Shown here piece after piece: positions 7,075 to 16,725 of a stretch of 47,195 nucleotides of DNA. The notes under the pieces were generated by a model. It ran no database searches. It was given only the letters and a program-made list of their open reading frames with translations, and had not been told where the DNA came from. Origin of the DNA: a virus (taxonomy: Duplodnaviria > Caudoviricetes); IMG/VR virus record IMGVR_UViG_3300032665_000055, positions 1-47,195 of that record; one strand, written 5' to 3'. Positions within the stretch are counted from its first letter, which is position 1. Each line of letters opens with the position of its first letter. Both the position numbers and the translations under genes were made by a program.

Positions 7075-8832
7075 ATGCCTCCAAAAATTAAAAAACTTTC
7101 TGCTGACGAGCAGAAATATATTGAAGTTGCCAATGCCGTTGGGAAAATGGCGCTGGATGGGTGGAAAGCTATCTTTGGAAATAAAATTGGCGCAATCCGT
7201 TCCGCTGAACATTTGCAGTCCGCCTGTATTGAGCAAGCGGAAAATTTTATCCAAAAGGGAATGGTGTTGCAGCCAAAGCAATGGCAAATGGCAGCAGCGG
7301 CTCGACTGGCTGATTATCGCTGTCCTAAATGCGAGGAGCTTCACGCCACCGGTCAGATGATTGCTAAAAAATGCCCTGATTGCGGCCCGCGTTATATCGG
7401 TGTTGGCGGCGCACGCGGCGGCGGAAAATCTCAATGGATGATTTCGCAGGTATGTTTAGACGATTGCCAAAGGTTTAAGGGGCTGTCGGTTTTGTATGTC
7501 CGCAAATCCGCCAAAACACTTCGCGCCCAAATGTCGTCACTTCTCCGCAAGACATTAAAGGTTCCCGCCGATTACAATTTCCGAGAGCAGGTTGGCGTTG
7601 TGGAATTTCCAAACGGCTCACAAATTACAATTCGGCACTTCAAAGATGAATCTGAAATTGATAATTTTTTAGGCGAAGAATATGACGTGATTGCCTACGA
7701 GGAGTTGACGACCCTTTCGGAAGAAAAATTCAAAAACCTCAATTCATGTCTTCGCACTTCAAAGCCTGGATGGCGTCCGCGCGTATATGCTTCATGGAAC
7801 TGGGGCGGTATCGGCCATGCTTGGGTTAAAAGATTTTTCTATGACCCGTTTTTGAAAAAGCAGGAAACAGATTCAAAATATATTTTAACGCTCGTCACCG
7901 ACAACCGGCATAACGACCCTGAATACATCGGACAGCTCGATAGTTATGTGGGTTGGAAATATCAAAGTTGGAGACTTGGTAATCCTGATATTGTTTCCGG
8001 CAATTTTTTTACTCACTACCGCGAGGATGTCCACGTTTATCCATGCGACTGTCCAAATTGTAAATCCGAAGCAACATTCATTAAAAAGTTTGGGCAGATT
8101 AAATGCGCGGCCTGTGAGCATGAGTTTAATGGAACAACTTTTCAAGACGCAGACGCGCAACGATGGTTTGGCTCGATGGACTACGGCTCAAGCCATCCAA
8201 ATTGCTTTCATCTATTCGCAGAAAACTTTGAAGGAAATGTTTTCACAGTTGGAGAGCTTTGGACTTTAGACACTGGCATTTCTGAAAATTCCGAATCCTT
8301 CCGCGATATGCTCCGGCTCCACAATTTAGAAGTTGGCGACTTGGATTTTATTTTTGCCGGCCAAGATATTCTAAAAACCGACCGCAAAACAAAAGATGAC
8401 GGCTCAACAATTGCGACCGAGTATCAGGAAAACGGAATTACACTTACACCGATTCACATTAACCGCGTGAACGCATTTTCTCAAATGCAAGAACGGCTGG
8501 GCGATGTTGAGCGTGGAAAATTTCCGACGTGGTTTATTCACAAGTCATGCACAAATCTGAGGACTCAAATTCAAACAGCGCAATACGACGACAAAAAGCC
8601 AAACGACATCCTTAAACAAAATGCGGACAGAGAAACTGGGGAAGGTGGCGATGATGCCCTGGAATCCGCACGCAACGGAATTGTTGGAGCATATTCAAAT
8701 CTTTTAACAGATTGCAAACCCGTTCAAATGGGTAGCTGGAAAGGAATGAGTCATCAGATTGAACAGGGCGGATATATTGACGTAGATGCGATTATTGCGG
8801 AATCAGAGGCGGCGGAGTTGGCGCGTCGTTAA
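7075..8832 (+). CDS. terL: Terminase large subunit with two zinc-ribbon insertions
   Basis: Walker A GGARGGGKS, Walker B VIAYEE, nuclease MDYG and DDALES; position before portal. Confidence 0.92.
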   Translation: MPPKIKKLSADEQKYIEVANAVGKMALDGWKAIFGNKIGAIRSAEHLQSACIEQAENFIQKGMVLQPKQWQMAAAARLADYRCPKCEELHATGQMIAKKCPDCGPRYIGVGGARGGGKSQWMISQVCLDDCQRFKGLSVLYVRKSAKTLRAQMSSLLRKTLKVPADYNFREQVGVVEFPNGSQITIRHFKDESEIDNFLGEEYDVIAYEELTTLSEEKFKNLNSCLRTSKPGWRPRVYASWNWGGIGHAWVKRFFYDPFLKKQETDSKYILTLVTDNRHNDPEYIGQLDSYVGWKYQSWRLGNPDIVSGNFFTHYREDVHVYPCDCPNCKSEATFIKKFGQIKCAACEHEFNGTTFQDADAQRWFGSMDYGSSHPNCFHLFAENFEGNVFTVGELWTLDTGISENSESFRDMLRLHNLEVGDLDFIFAGQDILKTDRKTKDDGSTIATEYQENGITLTPIHINRVNAFSQMQERLGDVERGKFPTWFIHKSCTNLRTQIQTAQYDDKKPNDILKQNADRETGEGGDDALESARNGIVGAYSNLLTDCKPVQMGSWKGMSHQIEQGGYIDVDAIIAESEAAELARR

Positions 8833-8940
8833 TCCAGCACATCCTTACTCTCACTCTTCCATCGCGCCGCACAAAAGTTTTTCTGGTGTATTTGTGAGAC
8901 TTTACAAATTTAATTAAACCATCAACTTTTTTTGAATTGC

Positions 8941-9150
8941 TCATTCAATCGTCTCCACGGTGATTTTGAGTTTGGGAGGATGCGGACTTGTTAATTTCCT
9001 AATTTCATTCGCCATGACGTGCGGAATTGGAATCTCAAACTTCCCATAAACACAACCATCCCTAATTCCATTTGAACACATACCACTGATTTGAACTTTA
9101 TTAATTTCGCAATTTGCTTCCGACGGAATTCCAATTAATTCAATTTTCAT
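8941..9150 (-). CDS. Hypothetical protein, antisense moron
   Basis: 69-aa AT-rich ORF between terL and portal. Confidence 0.5.
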   Translation of the reverse strand: MKIELIGIPSEANCEINKVQISGMCSNGIRDGCVYGKFEIPIPHVMANEIRKLTSPHPPKLKITVETIE

Positions 9151-9236
9151 GCTCTAAATTTACCATAATCCAACCGCCTTAAAAATAAAATCCTTGCCAT
9201 TTAGCAAGTATAAGCGTAAATGATTCTGAAAAGAAT

Positions 9237-9428
9237 ATGATTAAAATTATCGAACGTAAAAACGGCTCAATGATTTTCGTTGGATTTTACCAAAAGGATT
9301 TAGACGCGGAGGCTATTGCTGCGTTTGCTGAATCAGTTCAAAAACTTTGCGTGGACTCTCATAATGACCGCGCCATTGTTGTTCCTGATGGCACGGAAGT
9401 TAAATCAATTCTTCAAGGCAAGGAATAA
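9237..9428 (+). CDS. Hypothetical protein
   Basis: 63-aa ORF just before the portal; AIVVPDGTEV echoes the portal's ALLVPNGTTV. Confidence 0.6.
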   Translation: MIKIIERKNGSMIFVGFYQKDLDAEAIAAFAESVQKLCVDSHNDRAIVVPDGTEVKSILQGKE

Positions 9429-9431
9429 CCT

Positions 9432-11018
9432 GTGAGCAACATCGTTAAATATCACGGCGTAAGGGCGATTGTTAAAACTTCCGACGCCGCACCGACAATG
9501 ACATATGAGCAGGAGCGCGGGCTTTTAACCGAAATTCAGGCGCGGCTGTCAGGGCTTGGCGAGCCGCCGCAGCTTGGCTACCGCGTCACGCTTGCCGACA
9601 TTCAAAAGGCGATACGGATGTCCGAGATTGGTGAGCCGTATTATATGTTCGCGCTTTTCCGCGACATGATTGAGAATGACCCGCATTTGTCCGCAGAGAT
9701 TGGCAAGCGGGTCATGTCATTCATGGGGCAGAACGAAACGATTGAGCCATTTGACCCTGACAATAAAGACGACGTTATCGCCTGCGAATTCATCGAGGAC
9801 ATCCGCGAGAATTGTGAAAACTGGCGCGAAGGAATGGTTCACTTGGCACAGGGGCATATCTGGCCGGTGTCCGGCGTGGAAAAAATCTTTACCCGCGTTG
9901 AACCGGAAGACGCCTATAAATTCCGTCATCCGACACAATGGAAACTTCAAAAACTTCATCCGATACCGTGGCCGCTTTACACCTACAAGATTGCCTATTG
10001 GTGGGGAGCGTGCGCCGGTTCAATGCCGGGAATGGGTCAGACCCCTGGTGGATTTACCGTTGGCACTGGCGCAATGCCGATTAATAATCCTCCCGGCAAT
10101 TCCACCTATCAGCCAAAGATGGCTTCCGACAATGGGGTTTATGTTTGGAATCCGCAAGACTGGCACGCTGATTTAAGATTTTACGGGACGCTTTCAAATG
10201 GCTTGATTGATTGGACGCTTTCCATGGGATACAAGGCAGACAAGGCGCGGCACGTCATTCATTCCGCACAAGTCGCCACAAGCGGGATGCGCGAAAACTT
10301 TGGCTCAATTCTTCGCTCGTTAATTCCAATCTGGTTTTACAAACGCAACCTTTTAGATTGGTGTCTGCGTGGCATGGAACGCTACGGCTCGCCGTTTGCG
10401 ATTGCGAAAGCGAACATCAATAACAAAAATGTTTCTGATTTGCTGACAAAGGCTTTTGACCAAGCCAGCAAAATCAATGCGTTGCTTGTGCCGAATGGGA
10501 CAACGGTTGATTTGAAGGAGATTCAGACTTCCGGCATGGCCGATGGGTATTCAAAGATTATTGAATTGCTGAATACGGAAATGACTAAGGGGATTTTAGG
10601 CCAAACCCTTTCCACGTCGTCAAAAGGTTCTGGCATGATGGGCGGTTCGGGCGTTGCTGATTTGCACAGCGACGTTAAAGAGGAGTGGAGTCTGTTTGAT
10701 AAGCGCAGTTTCTGCGATATGCAATGGCAACAGATTTTTGAGCAAGTTTTGCGGATAAATGGCTACAAAGGCCGTTGCCGTTCTGTCCGTGGCGGTGTCA
10801 GCGCAAATCAGCAAGCAATGCTCGCCAAGACCCTGCAATCGCTTTATCTGTCCGGCGTCCGAGTCAAGGCCGAGGAGGAGCAAAAGCTGACAAATACATT
10901 TGGATTTAAGATGGAAGTTTTTGACCCGTCAGAGCAAAAAGAAGATGCCGATGCGAAGTCTAAAACCGACAAAGCGAAAGCCGACCATAAGAACAAAAAC
11001 AAGGGGGTAATTCCGTGA
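9432..11018 (+). CDS. Portal protein, DUF935/Mu gp29-like
   Basis: DPHLSAEIGKR, MERYGSP, EMTKGILGQTLST and LHSDV motifs; follows terL. Confidence 0.88.
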   Translation: MSNIVKYHGVRAIVKTSDAAPTMTYEQERGLLTEIQARLSGLGEPPQLGYRVTLADIQKAIRMSEIGEPYYMFALFRDMIENDPHLSAEIGKRVMSFMGQNETIEPFDPDNKDDVIACEFIEDIRENCENWREGMVHLAQGHIWPVSGVEKIFTRVEPEDAYKFRHPTQWKLQKLHPIPWPLYTYKIAYWWGACAGSMPGMGQTPGGFTVGTGAMPINNPPGNSTYQPKMASDNGVYVWNPQDWHADLRFYGTLSNGLIDWTLSMGYKADKARHVIHSAQVATSGMRENFGSILRSLIPIWFYKRNLLDWCLRGMERYGSPFAIAKANINNKNVSDLLTKAFDQASKINALLVPNGTTVDLKEIQTSGMADGYSKIIELLNTEMTKGILGQTLSTSSKGSGMMGGSGVADLHSDVKEEWSLFDKRSFCDMQWQQIFEQVLRINGYKGRCRSVRGGVSANQQAMLAKTLQSLYLSGVRVKAEEEQKLTNTFGFKMEVFDPSEQKEDADAKSKTDKAKADHKNKNKGVIP

Positions 11019-11212
11019 CAGTCGATACTTTTAATGCAGCCAAATTGCTTGGCAAGAGCTACCGGACAGTTTTAAGGTGGCGCGAGCAAGGGCGGATTAA
11101 AAAGGCGTGGCGAGCCTCTGGCGAACGACAAAGGCAGGACGTGAAACAACCGCCGTGGCAATTTGACCGGGACGAGATTTTAAGTTTGAAAAATGCAAGT
11201 AACGCGAGATGA
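11015..11212 (+). CDS. Small HTH DNA-binding protein (excisionase/MerR-like)
   Basis: AAKLLGKSYRTVLRWREQGRI. Confidence 0.75.
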   Translation: MTVDTFNAAKLLGKSYRTVLRWREQGRIKKAWRASGERQRQDVKQPPWQFDRDEILSLKNASNAR

Positions 11213-11639
11213 ATGGAGTCCGTTGTTTCAATCCCTGAAAGACAAGGTTTCAGCGGATGCGCGAAGGGAATTGCTTTTCAAACTGATTAACGAGATTCGG
11301 TTTATCACGCAACAAAACTTTGGAACTTCTGGAATTGATAGGCCGATGCCGTGGCAAATTCTCTCGCCAAACTACGCATGGGAAAAGAAAAAGGGGGACA
11401 GAACGCCGACGCTGATGCTCAAAGGCGATTTAATCCGTGGATTCAGAACTACCGTTGGCGATAATTCCGCTTCATTAACCAACGTGTCACCCTACGCCGA
11501 TGAACATCAATTTGGAGTTGGCTACAAGAATCTTCCTGCTAGGCCGTTTTATCCAATCAATGAGGATGGCTCTTTAACTCCGTTTGCGGAGAAGTCGCTG
11601 GCGGAAGTGGTGCAGAAGCATTTCAACGCCCAAAGTTAA
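11193..11639 (+). CDS. Phage virion morphogenesis protein (Mu gpG/tail S-like)
   Basis: PWQILSP, TNVSPYADEHQFG, LPARPF. Confidence 0.85.
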   Translation: MQVTRDEWSPLFQSLKDKVSADARRELLFKLINEIRFITQQNFGTSGIDRPMPWQILSPNYAWEKKKGDRTPTLMLKGDLIRGFRTTVGDNSASLTNVSPYADEHQFGVGYKNLPARPFYPINEDGSLTPFAEKSLAEVVQKHFNAQS

Positions 11640-11835
11640 TAGTTGTGAAGTTGTTCCATTTTTGTTGAAGTGTCATTTCCGAATCGTCGGAATAATACGA
11701 TTTAAGAAATTCTGCAAGGCGTCTTGAGATTGGAAGTTTGAAGTAATTAACCGCATCCGGCTCTTGAATTTCGGGCGGCTCCCGCCCCATAAATTCCCAA
11801 TCCGGCTCCGCAAACTCCTTGTCGTCATCCATCAT
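11623..11835 (-). CDS. Hypothetical protein (antisense island)
   Basis: 70-aa ORF in a run of small minus-strand genes. Confidence 0.5.
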   Translation of the reverse strand: MMDDDKEFAEPDWEFMGREPPEIQEPDAVNYFKLPISRRLAEFLKSYYSDDSEMTLQQKWNNFTTINFGR

Positions 11836-11947
11836 GTAAGAAATCTCCTATTCAACCAAAAACATTTCCTAACGTTGGCGCAAACAGGAATAAAGGCAAA
11901 ATGCCAGCGTTTATCCTTAATGCAAAAAGTTTTCCAGAAAGTGAATT

Positions 11948-12166
11948 TCATTGGATGATGGTTGCATTTGCCAAAAATGTTTTATTTCCAATAGTGACTG
12001 TGCATCCCTCAATTATTTTAACCCGCTTCACTACATGACCATCGTCGGATATTTTCTTGCGGTTTATTGATGTTGAGTTAAACGGTTTCTGCAAATCGTA
12101 AAATCCCCAAAGTTTCCGCTCCCAAGCGGCGGCAATCTTTCGGATTGTGGCGGATTCTTTTTTCAT
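11948..12166 (-). CDS. Hypothetical protein (antisense island)
   Basis: 72 aa, ATGA overlap with the upstream ORF. Confidence 0.5.
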   Translation of the reverse strand: MKKESATIRKIAAAWERKLWGFYDLQKPFNSTSINRKKISDDGHVVKRVKIIEGCTVTIGNKTFLANATIIQ

Positions 12167-12390
12167 TGAATAAAAATATCTTTGGACACTTCGCTGAAAA
12201 TAATCACGCCATTAAAGATTTGGCGTTTGTTGCCGTTGTTGACGACAACCCGTAATCCCGTTGGCTTTCTCGTCACGTCTGCGCTTGTGCCTTCAACGAT
12301 TTTTGCGGCTTCGGTATTGGGTAGAAAGATGGCGAATTTTTTCATTTCCGAAATCTTATCATGCAAAACCACATAAGCAATACACCCCAT
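12163..12390 (-). CDS. Hypothetical protein (antisense island); start may be internal MKKFA
   Basis: ORF track plus overlap pattern. Confidence 0.5.
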   Translation of the reverse strand: MGCIAYVVLHDKISEMKKFAIFLPNTEAAKIVEGTSADVTRKPTGLRVVVNNGNKRQIFNGVIIFSEVSKDIFIQ

Positions 12391-12460
12391 AACGATTGAA
12401 GTTTAACTAATTCAAAAGAAAAGTGGATTTTACAAAGTTGGACATAAATAAGGTTTTTAG

Positions 12461-13507
12461 TTGCGGGAACCATTAGCTGCGATTATTTGTCCCATAGTGA
12501 AACGAGACACAATTCAACTTTACGGCGCGATTGAGAAGTTTGACGCTGCCGCTGATGGTTCGTTAATGGTGTCTGGTATTGCCTCGACGGAAGCCGTGGA
12601 CGCAGATGGTGAGATTGTAACAGCGGACGCGATGCGGAAGGCTCTCCCCTCTTATCTCCAATGCGGCACAGTCCGCGAAATGCACCAACCGATTGCCGCC
12701 GGCAATCCGATTTCCGCTCATGTTGACGACGACGGAAAAACCCATTTCACCGCGCACATTGTTGACGCGGGAACGATTGCCAAGATTAAGGCGAACGTCC
12801 TGAAAGGCTTTTCCATCGGCGGCAAGGCGATTACGAAGGTTGGCAACAAAATCACCGAAATCCTTTTGAAGGATATTTCCGTCGTTGACCTTCCGAATAA
12901 TCCTGAATCCTTTTTCACCGTCATCAAGTTTGACAAGGCTGCTGACGACAAAAAACACAAAGACGACTGCGATTGTGACGACTGCAAAAAATCCAAAAAA
13001 GAAAAATCTATGAGTGCCGAACTTATTAAAAAGTTTGACGACTTGGCTGCTACGGTTGCCACGCTCGCCAAGTCTGTTGAAACCCTTTCCAAGCAAACCC
13101 CGCCCGATTTGACCAAGATGGAAAAGTCACTTGGCGATTTGGAGAAACGCGCTACGGAAGCCGCTGCCGCCTTGGTTGAACAGGAGCGCACCAGCCTGAT
13201 TTCCAAGATGCAATCCGAAGGCCGTGTGATTCTCGGCGAAAAGGGACTCGGCACGAAGGTTGAGGATTTGCAGAAGATGGATTTGCCGTTGCTCAAGGCT
13301 CTTTCCCGCAACGCGCAGATTTTGCCGACTGTCGCCAAAGCGACTTATTCCGGCACGGGCAATCCGCCGGAAGTCCAGTTCACCAAAAAGGACAAGGACG
13401 GCAAGGATGTCAATCTTTCCGGTTCGGAACTGATTCAAAAGGCTTGGGGCGGTTTGACCTTGGAAAAAATGATGGCCGCTGGAACGACTGCTAATTTAAC
13501 CAAATAA
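12461..13507 (+). CDS. Prohead protease/scaffold fusion (true start probably GTG 12497)
   Basis: GIASTEAVDADGE, VREMH, KGFSIGG, ISVVDLPNNP; coiled-coil C-terminus. Confidence 0.88.
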   Translation: MREPLAAIICPIVKRDTIQLYGAIEKFDAAADGSLMVSGIASTEAVDADGEIVTADAMRKALPSYLQCGTVREMHQPIAAGNPISAHVDDDGKTHFTAHIVDAGTIAKIKANVLKGFSIGGKAITKVGNKITEILLKDISVVDLPNNPESFFTVIKFDKAADDKKHKDDCDCDDCKKSKKEKSMSAELIKKFDDLAATVATLAKSVETLSKQTPPDLTKMEKSLGDLEKRATEAAAALVEQERTSLISKMQSEGRVILGEKGLGTKVEDLQKMDLPLLKALSRNAQILPTVAKATYSGTGNPPEVQFTKKDKDGKDVNLSGSELIQKAWGGLTLEKMMAAGTTANLTK

Positions 13508-13511
13508 TTTT

Positions 13512-14564
13512 ATGGCTGCTAATCAATTTCTCACCATCAAAGACATCGCGGCTCTTGACCGCTTGACCGACCCGGCCAGCGTTGGCTTGGTTGATAACAT
13601 CGTCAACGTCGTTCCTGAATTGGACGTTGTGCTTGGCCGTCCGATTCCCGGCATCAGCTATGAAGCTACGATTTTGACTGCCATTGGCAGCAACGGCGGT
13701 TTCCGTAAAATCAATTCCGGCAATCCGTTTTCCTCGATGAGCATTGACGAAAAGCGGTTCAACTGCTTTCCGTGGGACGCTCCTTTTTCCGTTGATGAAG
13801 CCTTGCTGATTAAAAAGGCTGGCGCGGGCGAGGCTCCGGCGGAAGTGCTGGAAACCTTTGCGACTTCCGGCGCACGTCAAAAAGCTCTCGACATGAGCGC
13901 ACAGTTTTATCTCGGCTCGCTTGCTGACCCGCTTGGGCCTCCCGGTCTGATGGATTTTCTCGTCACGCAGCGGACGCAGATTGATTCCCGCACCGGCTTG
14001 AAAATTGACCAAGTGATTGATGCTGGCGGCACGGCGGCTGGCAAGTGTGAAACGATTTGGTTTATCAAGCAGGGGCCGCAAGGCGTTCATTGGCTCTTTG
14101 GCAATGGCCGTGGTATCACGATGAATCCTTGGGTGCGTCTGCCGGGTATGCCGTCGCCGGACTCGACTCCCGCGAATCCGCGTTATCAAACCGCGTGGCG
14201 TTCCAATATGTTTGGCTACATCGGAACGAGCATGGCGCAGTATCATGCGGTTGGCGCGATTATCAATGTTGATGTCACCAACGGCACGACTACGGCGAAC
14301 GGTCTTTTCAATGATGCTCAAATCGCCAAGCTGTTTGCCAAGTGGCCTATCAGCATGAAGCCCGATATGGCTTTCTGCACGCAGAATGCGGCGGCAATGT
14401 TGCAGCAACAGCGCACCGTCACCAACTTTGTGAGCGGCGGAAGCCGTGAATGGACTGGCGCGGCAGCTCCGATTGCGGCGTTCCCGACGCACCTGCCCAC
14501 GATGGGTAACATTCCTTTGATTGTCACCGATGGCATCCGTCCCGGAAACCAAGTTGTCCTTTAA
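13512..14564 (+). CDS. Major capsid protein
   Basis: 350 aa directly after the protease/scaffold; C-terminal GNIPLIVTDGI typical of HK97-fold capsids. Confidence 0.8.
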   Translation: MAANQFLTIKDIAALDRLTDPASVGLVDNIVNVVPELDVVLGRPIPGISYEATILTAIGSNGGFRKINSGNPFSSMSIDEKRFNCFPWDAPFSVDEALLIKKAGAGEAPAEVLETFATSGARQKALDMSAQFYLGSLADPLGPPGLMDFLVTQRTQIDSRTGLKIDQVIDAGGTAAGKCETIWFIKQGPQGVHWLFGNGRGITMNPWVRLPGMPSPDSTPANPRYQTAWRSNMFGYIGTSMAQYHAVGAIINVDVTNGTTTANGLFNDAQIAKLFAKWPISMKPDMAFCTQNAAAMLQQQRTVTNFVSGGSREWTGAAAPIAAFPTHLPTMGNIPLIVTDGIRPGNQVVL

Positions 14565-14574
14565 TTTAAATACC

Positions 14575-15144
14575 ATGAAAAAAATTCTTTTAATCTGCGC
14601 GGCGGCTACGTTGGCTGTTTCCGCTTTCGCAACTGGCAGTGTTGGTGTTAATCCTCCGCAAAGTGGAGTTATCACCGTCACGAATGGCGCGCAGTCTGTC
14701 ACGAACACGTTTGCGTATCCGTTTCAAACAACTCCGGTTCTGGTTGTTTATTGCAATGCCACTAATGGCACTCCAGTTACAAACAACTTTGTCACCACAA
14801 CGAATTTTGCGATTTCGTTTCCGGTGGCAGGAACGAATGACGCTTATTCGTGGCAAGCTTATGTTGGCGGGACTCGGATGCAATCTGGCTCGGTTATTTC
14901 CGGCGGCGGCACGAACGTCACGGTAACATTTGCGAACGCCTATGCCGTTGCTCCGGTAGTTGTGGTTACTGGCAATTCAACCAATGCCGCAAACACGATT
15001 GGAATTCCTGCTATCACTACTACGAACTTCACGATTTTGTCCAACGGCAATTCGACGAATCAATGGATTTCAGTTGGCACGGTGTATAATCCTCCGAGTG
15101 ATTACACTGGTCAAAATCCGCGCAATAACACTGTGATTTACTAA
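14575..15144 (+). CDS. Signal-peptide-bearing TN-rich protein with two beta-rich repeats
   Basis: MKKILLICAAATLAVSAFA signal; QSG..V..TF...F..TPVLVV repeated twice. Confidence 0.75.
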   Translation: MKKILLICAAATLAVSAFATGSVGVNPPQSGVITVTNGAQSVTNTFAYPFQTTPVLVVYCNATNGTPVTNNFVTTTNFAISFPVAGTNDAYSWQAYVGGTRMQSGSVISGGGTNVTVTFANAYAVAPVVVVTGNSTNAANTIGIPAITTTNFTILSNGNSTNQWISVGTVYNPPSDYTGQNPRNNTVIY

Positions 15145-15148
15145 TCTT

Positions 15149-15316
15149 ATGGCACGAATCATCACCAAAGAAGACGAAGCGCATCCGGCGCATCCGGCCT
15201 ATAAAAAGGCTCATGCCGATGTCGCTGCTGAAAAGCAAGTCAAAGTGCCGGAACCTTTGAAGGAAGAAAAGCAAGTCAAAGTGCCGGAACGGAAAAACGA
15301 AACCAAACCTGAATAA
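15149..15316 (+). CDS. 55-aa charged protein with EKQVKVPE duplication
   Basis: Read by hand; 25-nt direct repeat at 15230-15254 and 15266-15290. Confidence 0.65.
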   Translation: MARIITKEDEAHPAHPAYKKAHADVAAEKQVKVPEPLKEEKQVKVPERKNETKPE

Positions 15317-15321
15317 ATTTT

Positions 15322-15789
15322 ATGTCACTTATCAATGTTGCTGTTCAAGATGCTGCGCTGTCCATTGCGCAGGCTCTCCCCGCCGCTGGCGCAAATGTCA
15401 CCACGCCGATTCTGGATTTGCAAGCTGTTGCGCCTAATTCAAACGCTTGGCGTTTGGGGCGTATTCAGGTTTCTGTGCCGGCCCTGCCTGAAAATGTTGG
15501 CGCGGGCATTACCATTGCCTTGCAAGCTGCGCCTCCGTCGCTCGTTGCTGGCGCGGCGTCCATCGCTCCTAATTCCGCTGTTCCCGGCGCGTTTGTGACT
15601 CCGGTTTGCGCCCAGACAGTTACGATTGCTGGCGTGGCTGGAGCCGGCTCTGCGGCTCAATACGCTTACTTCACGCTGGCATTTGATTCGACTGGTTCAA
15701 CGTATCAGTTTTATCAATTCGTTATCACGACTCCCGCTGGCACGGTTACGGTTGGCGAGATTGTGAACATTGGCTGGATTAACGGCTAA
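15322..15789 (+). CDS. Putative head decoration/structural protein
   Basis: Ala/Gly/Val-rich beta protein in the head module. Confidence 0.6.
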   Translation: MSLINVAVQDAALSIAQALPAAGANVTTPILDLQAVAPNSNAWRLGRIQVSVPALPENVGAGITIALQAAPPSLVAGAASIAPNSAVPGAFVTPVCAQTVTIAGVAGAGSAAQYAYFTLAFDSTGSTYQFYQFVITTPAGTVTVGEIVNIGWING

Positions 15790-15795
15790 ACTTGT

Positions 15796-16725
15796 GTGTT
15801 CAATGAATTTGACAACGGATTTTATGACGGAGCGGGATTAGGTTATCCCGCCCGTCAATCCCTTGTCGGATTCGGTTTTGACCCTGACTGCTACATTTCC
15901 ACGGCTCAAATTGCTCCGTCTGCTTACGTTTCGCAGTCTTTAATCATCGCTAAACTTGGCGGATTAAATCGTTTAATTGAGGCTTGTGATGATTCACAGC
16001 CGCCGGTTGGAAGTTTAAATCCCGTCAATCCGCCGAATAATCCAGCGTATCTTACTTATCAGGCGGTCATTCAAAATGTCGTTACGGAGATTAACGGCTA
16101 CCTTTCTTCCATTTATCCGCTTCCGTTGGTGCAAACTGGCACGATTGCTGTTTTAAGAGTGTTGACAGTTGATGATGCTGGCGCGGTTTTAACCTTTGAA
16201 ATTCTTGAAGGAGGAAATTATGCTGTCGCCCCAAATGTTGACCAAAGTCCCGTGTATCTACGGCACATTGACCCGCTGGCAAATTCCTATTGGTTCGGCC
16301 AAGACTGGCAACAGTGTCAGAAAGGTTCTGGATTTAATATCACCGTTGCCTATCAAGACCGGAATTATTCCGACGAAAGCGGCCAAGTCTTGCAGGCGCA
16401 AACCATAAATGGAACGCCAGTCATTGTTTCTGGAGGCTTAAATTACAAATGCGGCGATTTGCTGGTTCTGACCGGTGGACAATCCTTCGTTCCCGCAAAG
16501 ATTCGTGAGGCAGCTTTAATCCTTATTTGCCATTCATTTTACCAACGCCGTCTCGCGCCTGACGAAAAGAACATTTTTGAAACGCTGGCAAAAATGTGGC
16601 GCGATAAATTGACAAGCATTGGCGATGGGGGAGACGAGCAGCTTGACGGCACTTACAAGCGGTTTTATTCCGCTGGCCAAAGCTGGAATCAGCAAAGCGT
16701 TTTGTTTGGAGCAAATTCATTGTGA
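15796..16725 (+). CDS. Head-tail adaptor (Mu gp36/DUF1320-like) with inserted domain
   Basis: EINGYLSSIYPLPL and VPAKIREAALILICHSFYQRR separated by about 110 aa. Confidence 0.65.
   Translation: MFNEFDNGFYDGAGLGYPARQSLVGFGFDPDCYISTAQIAPSAYVSQSLIIAKLGGLNRLIEACDDSQPPVGSLNPVNPPNNPAYLTYQAVIQNVVTEINGYLSSIYPLPLVQTGTIAVLRVLTVDDAGAVLTFEILEGGNYAVAPNVDQSPVYLRHIDPLANSYWFGQDWQQCQKGSGFNITVAYQDRNYSDESGQVLQAQTINGTPVIVSGGLNYKCGDLLVLTGGQSFVPAKIREAALILICHSFYQRRLAPDEKNIFETLAKMWRDKLTSIGDGGDEQLDGTYKRFYSAGQSWNQQSVLFGANSL

Noticed and set aside
11015-11212. Excisionase implying lysogeny
   Set aside because: No integrase or repressor recognised anywhere; generic HTH.
13491-14708. 405-aa minus-strand ORF
   Set aside because: Antisense shadow of the capsid gene; Arg-rich with no motifs.
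9432-16725. Transposable Mu-like phage
   Set aside because: Mu-like head and neck genes only; no transposase, MuB or host-flanked ends.
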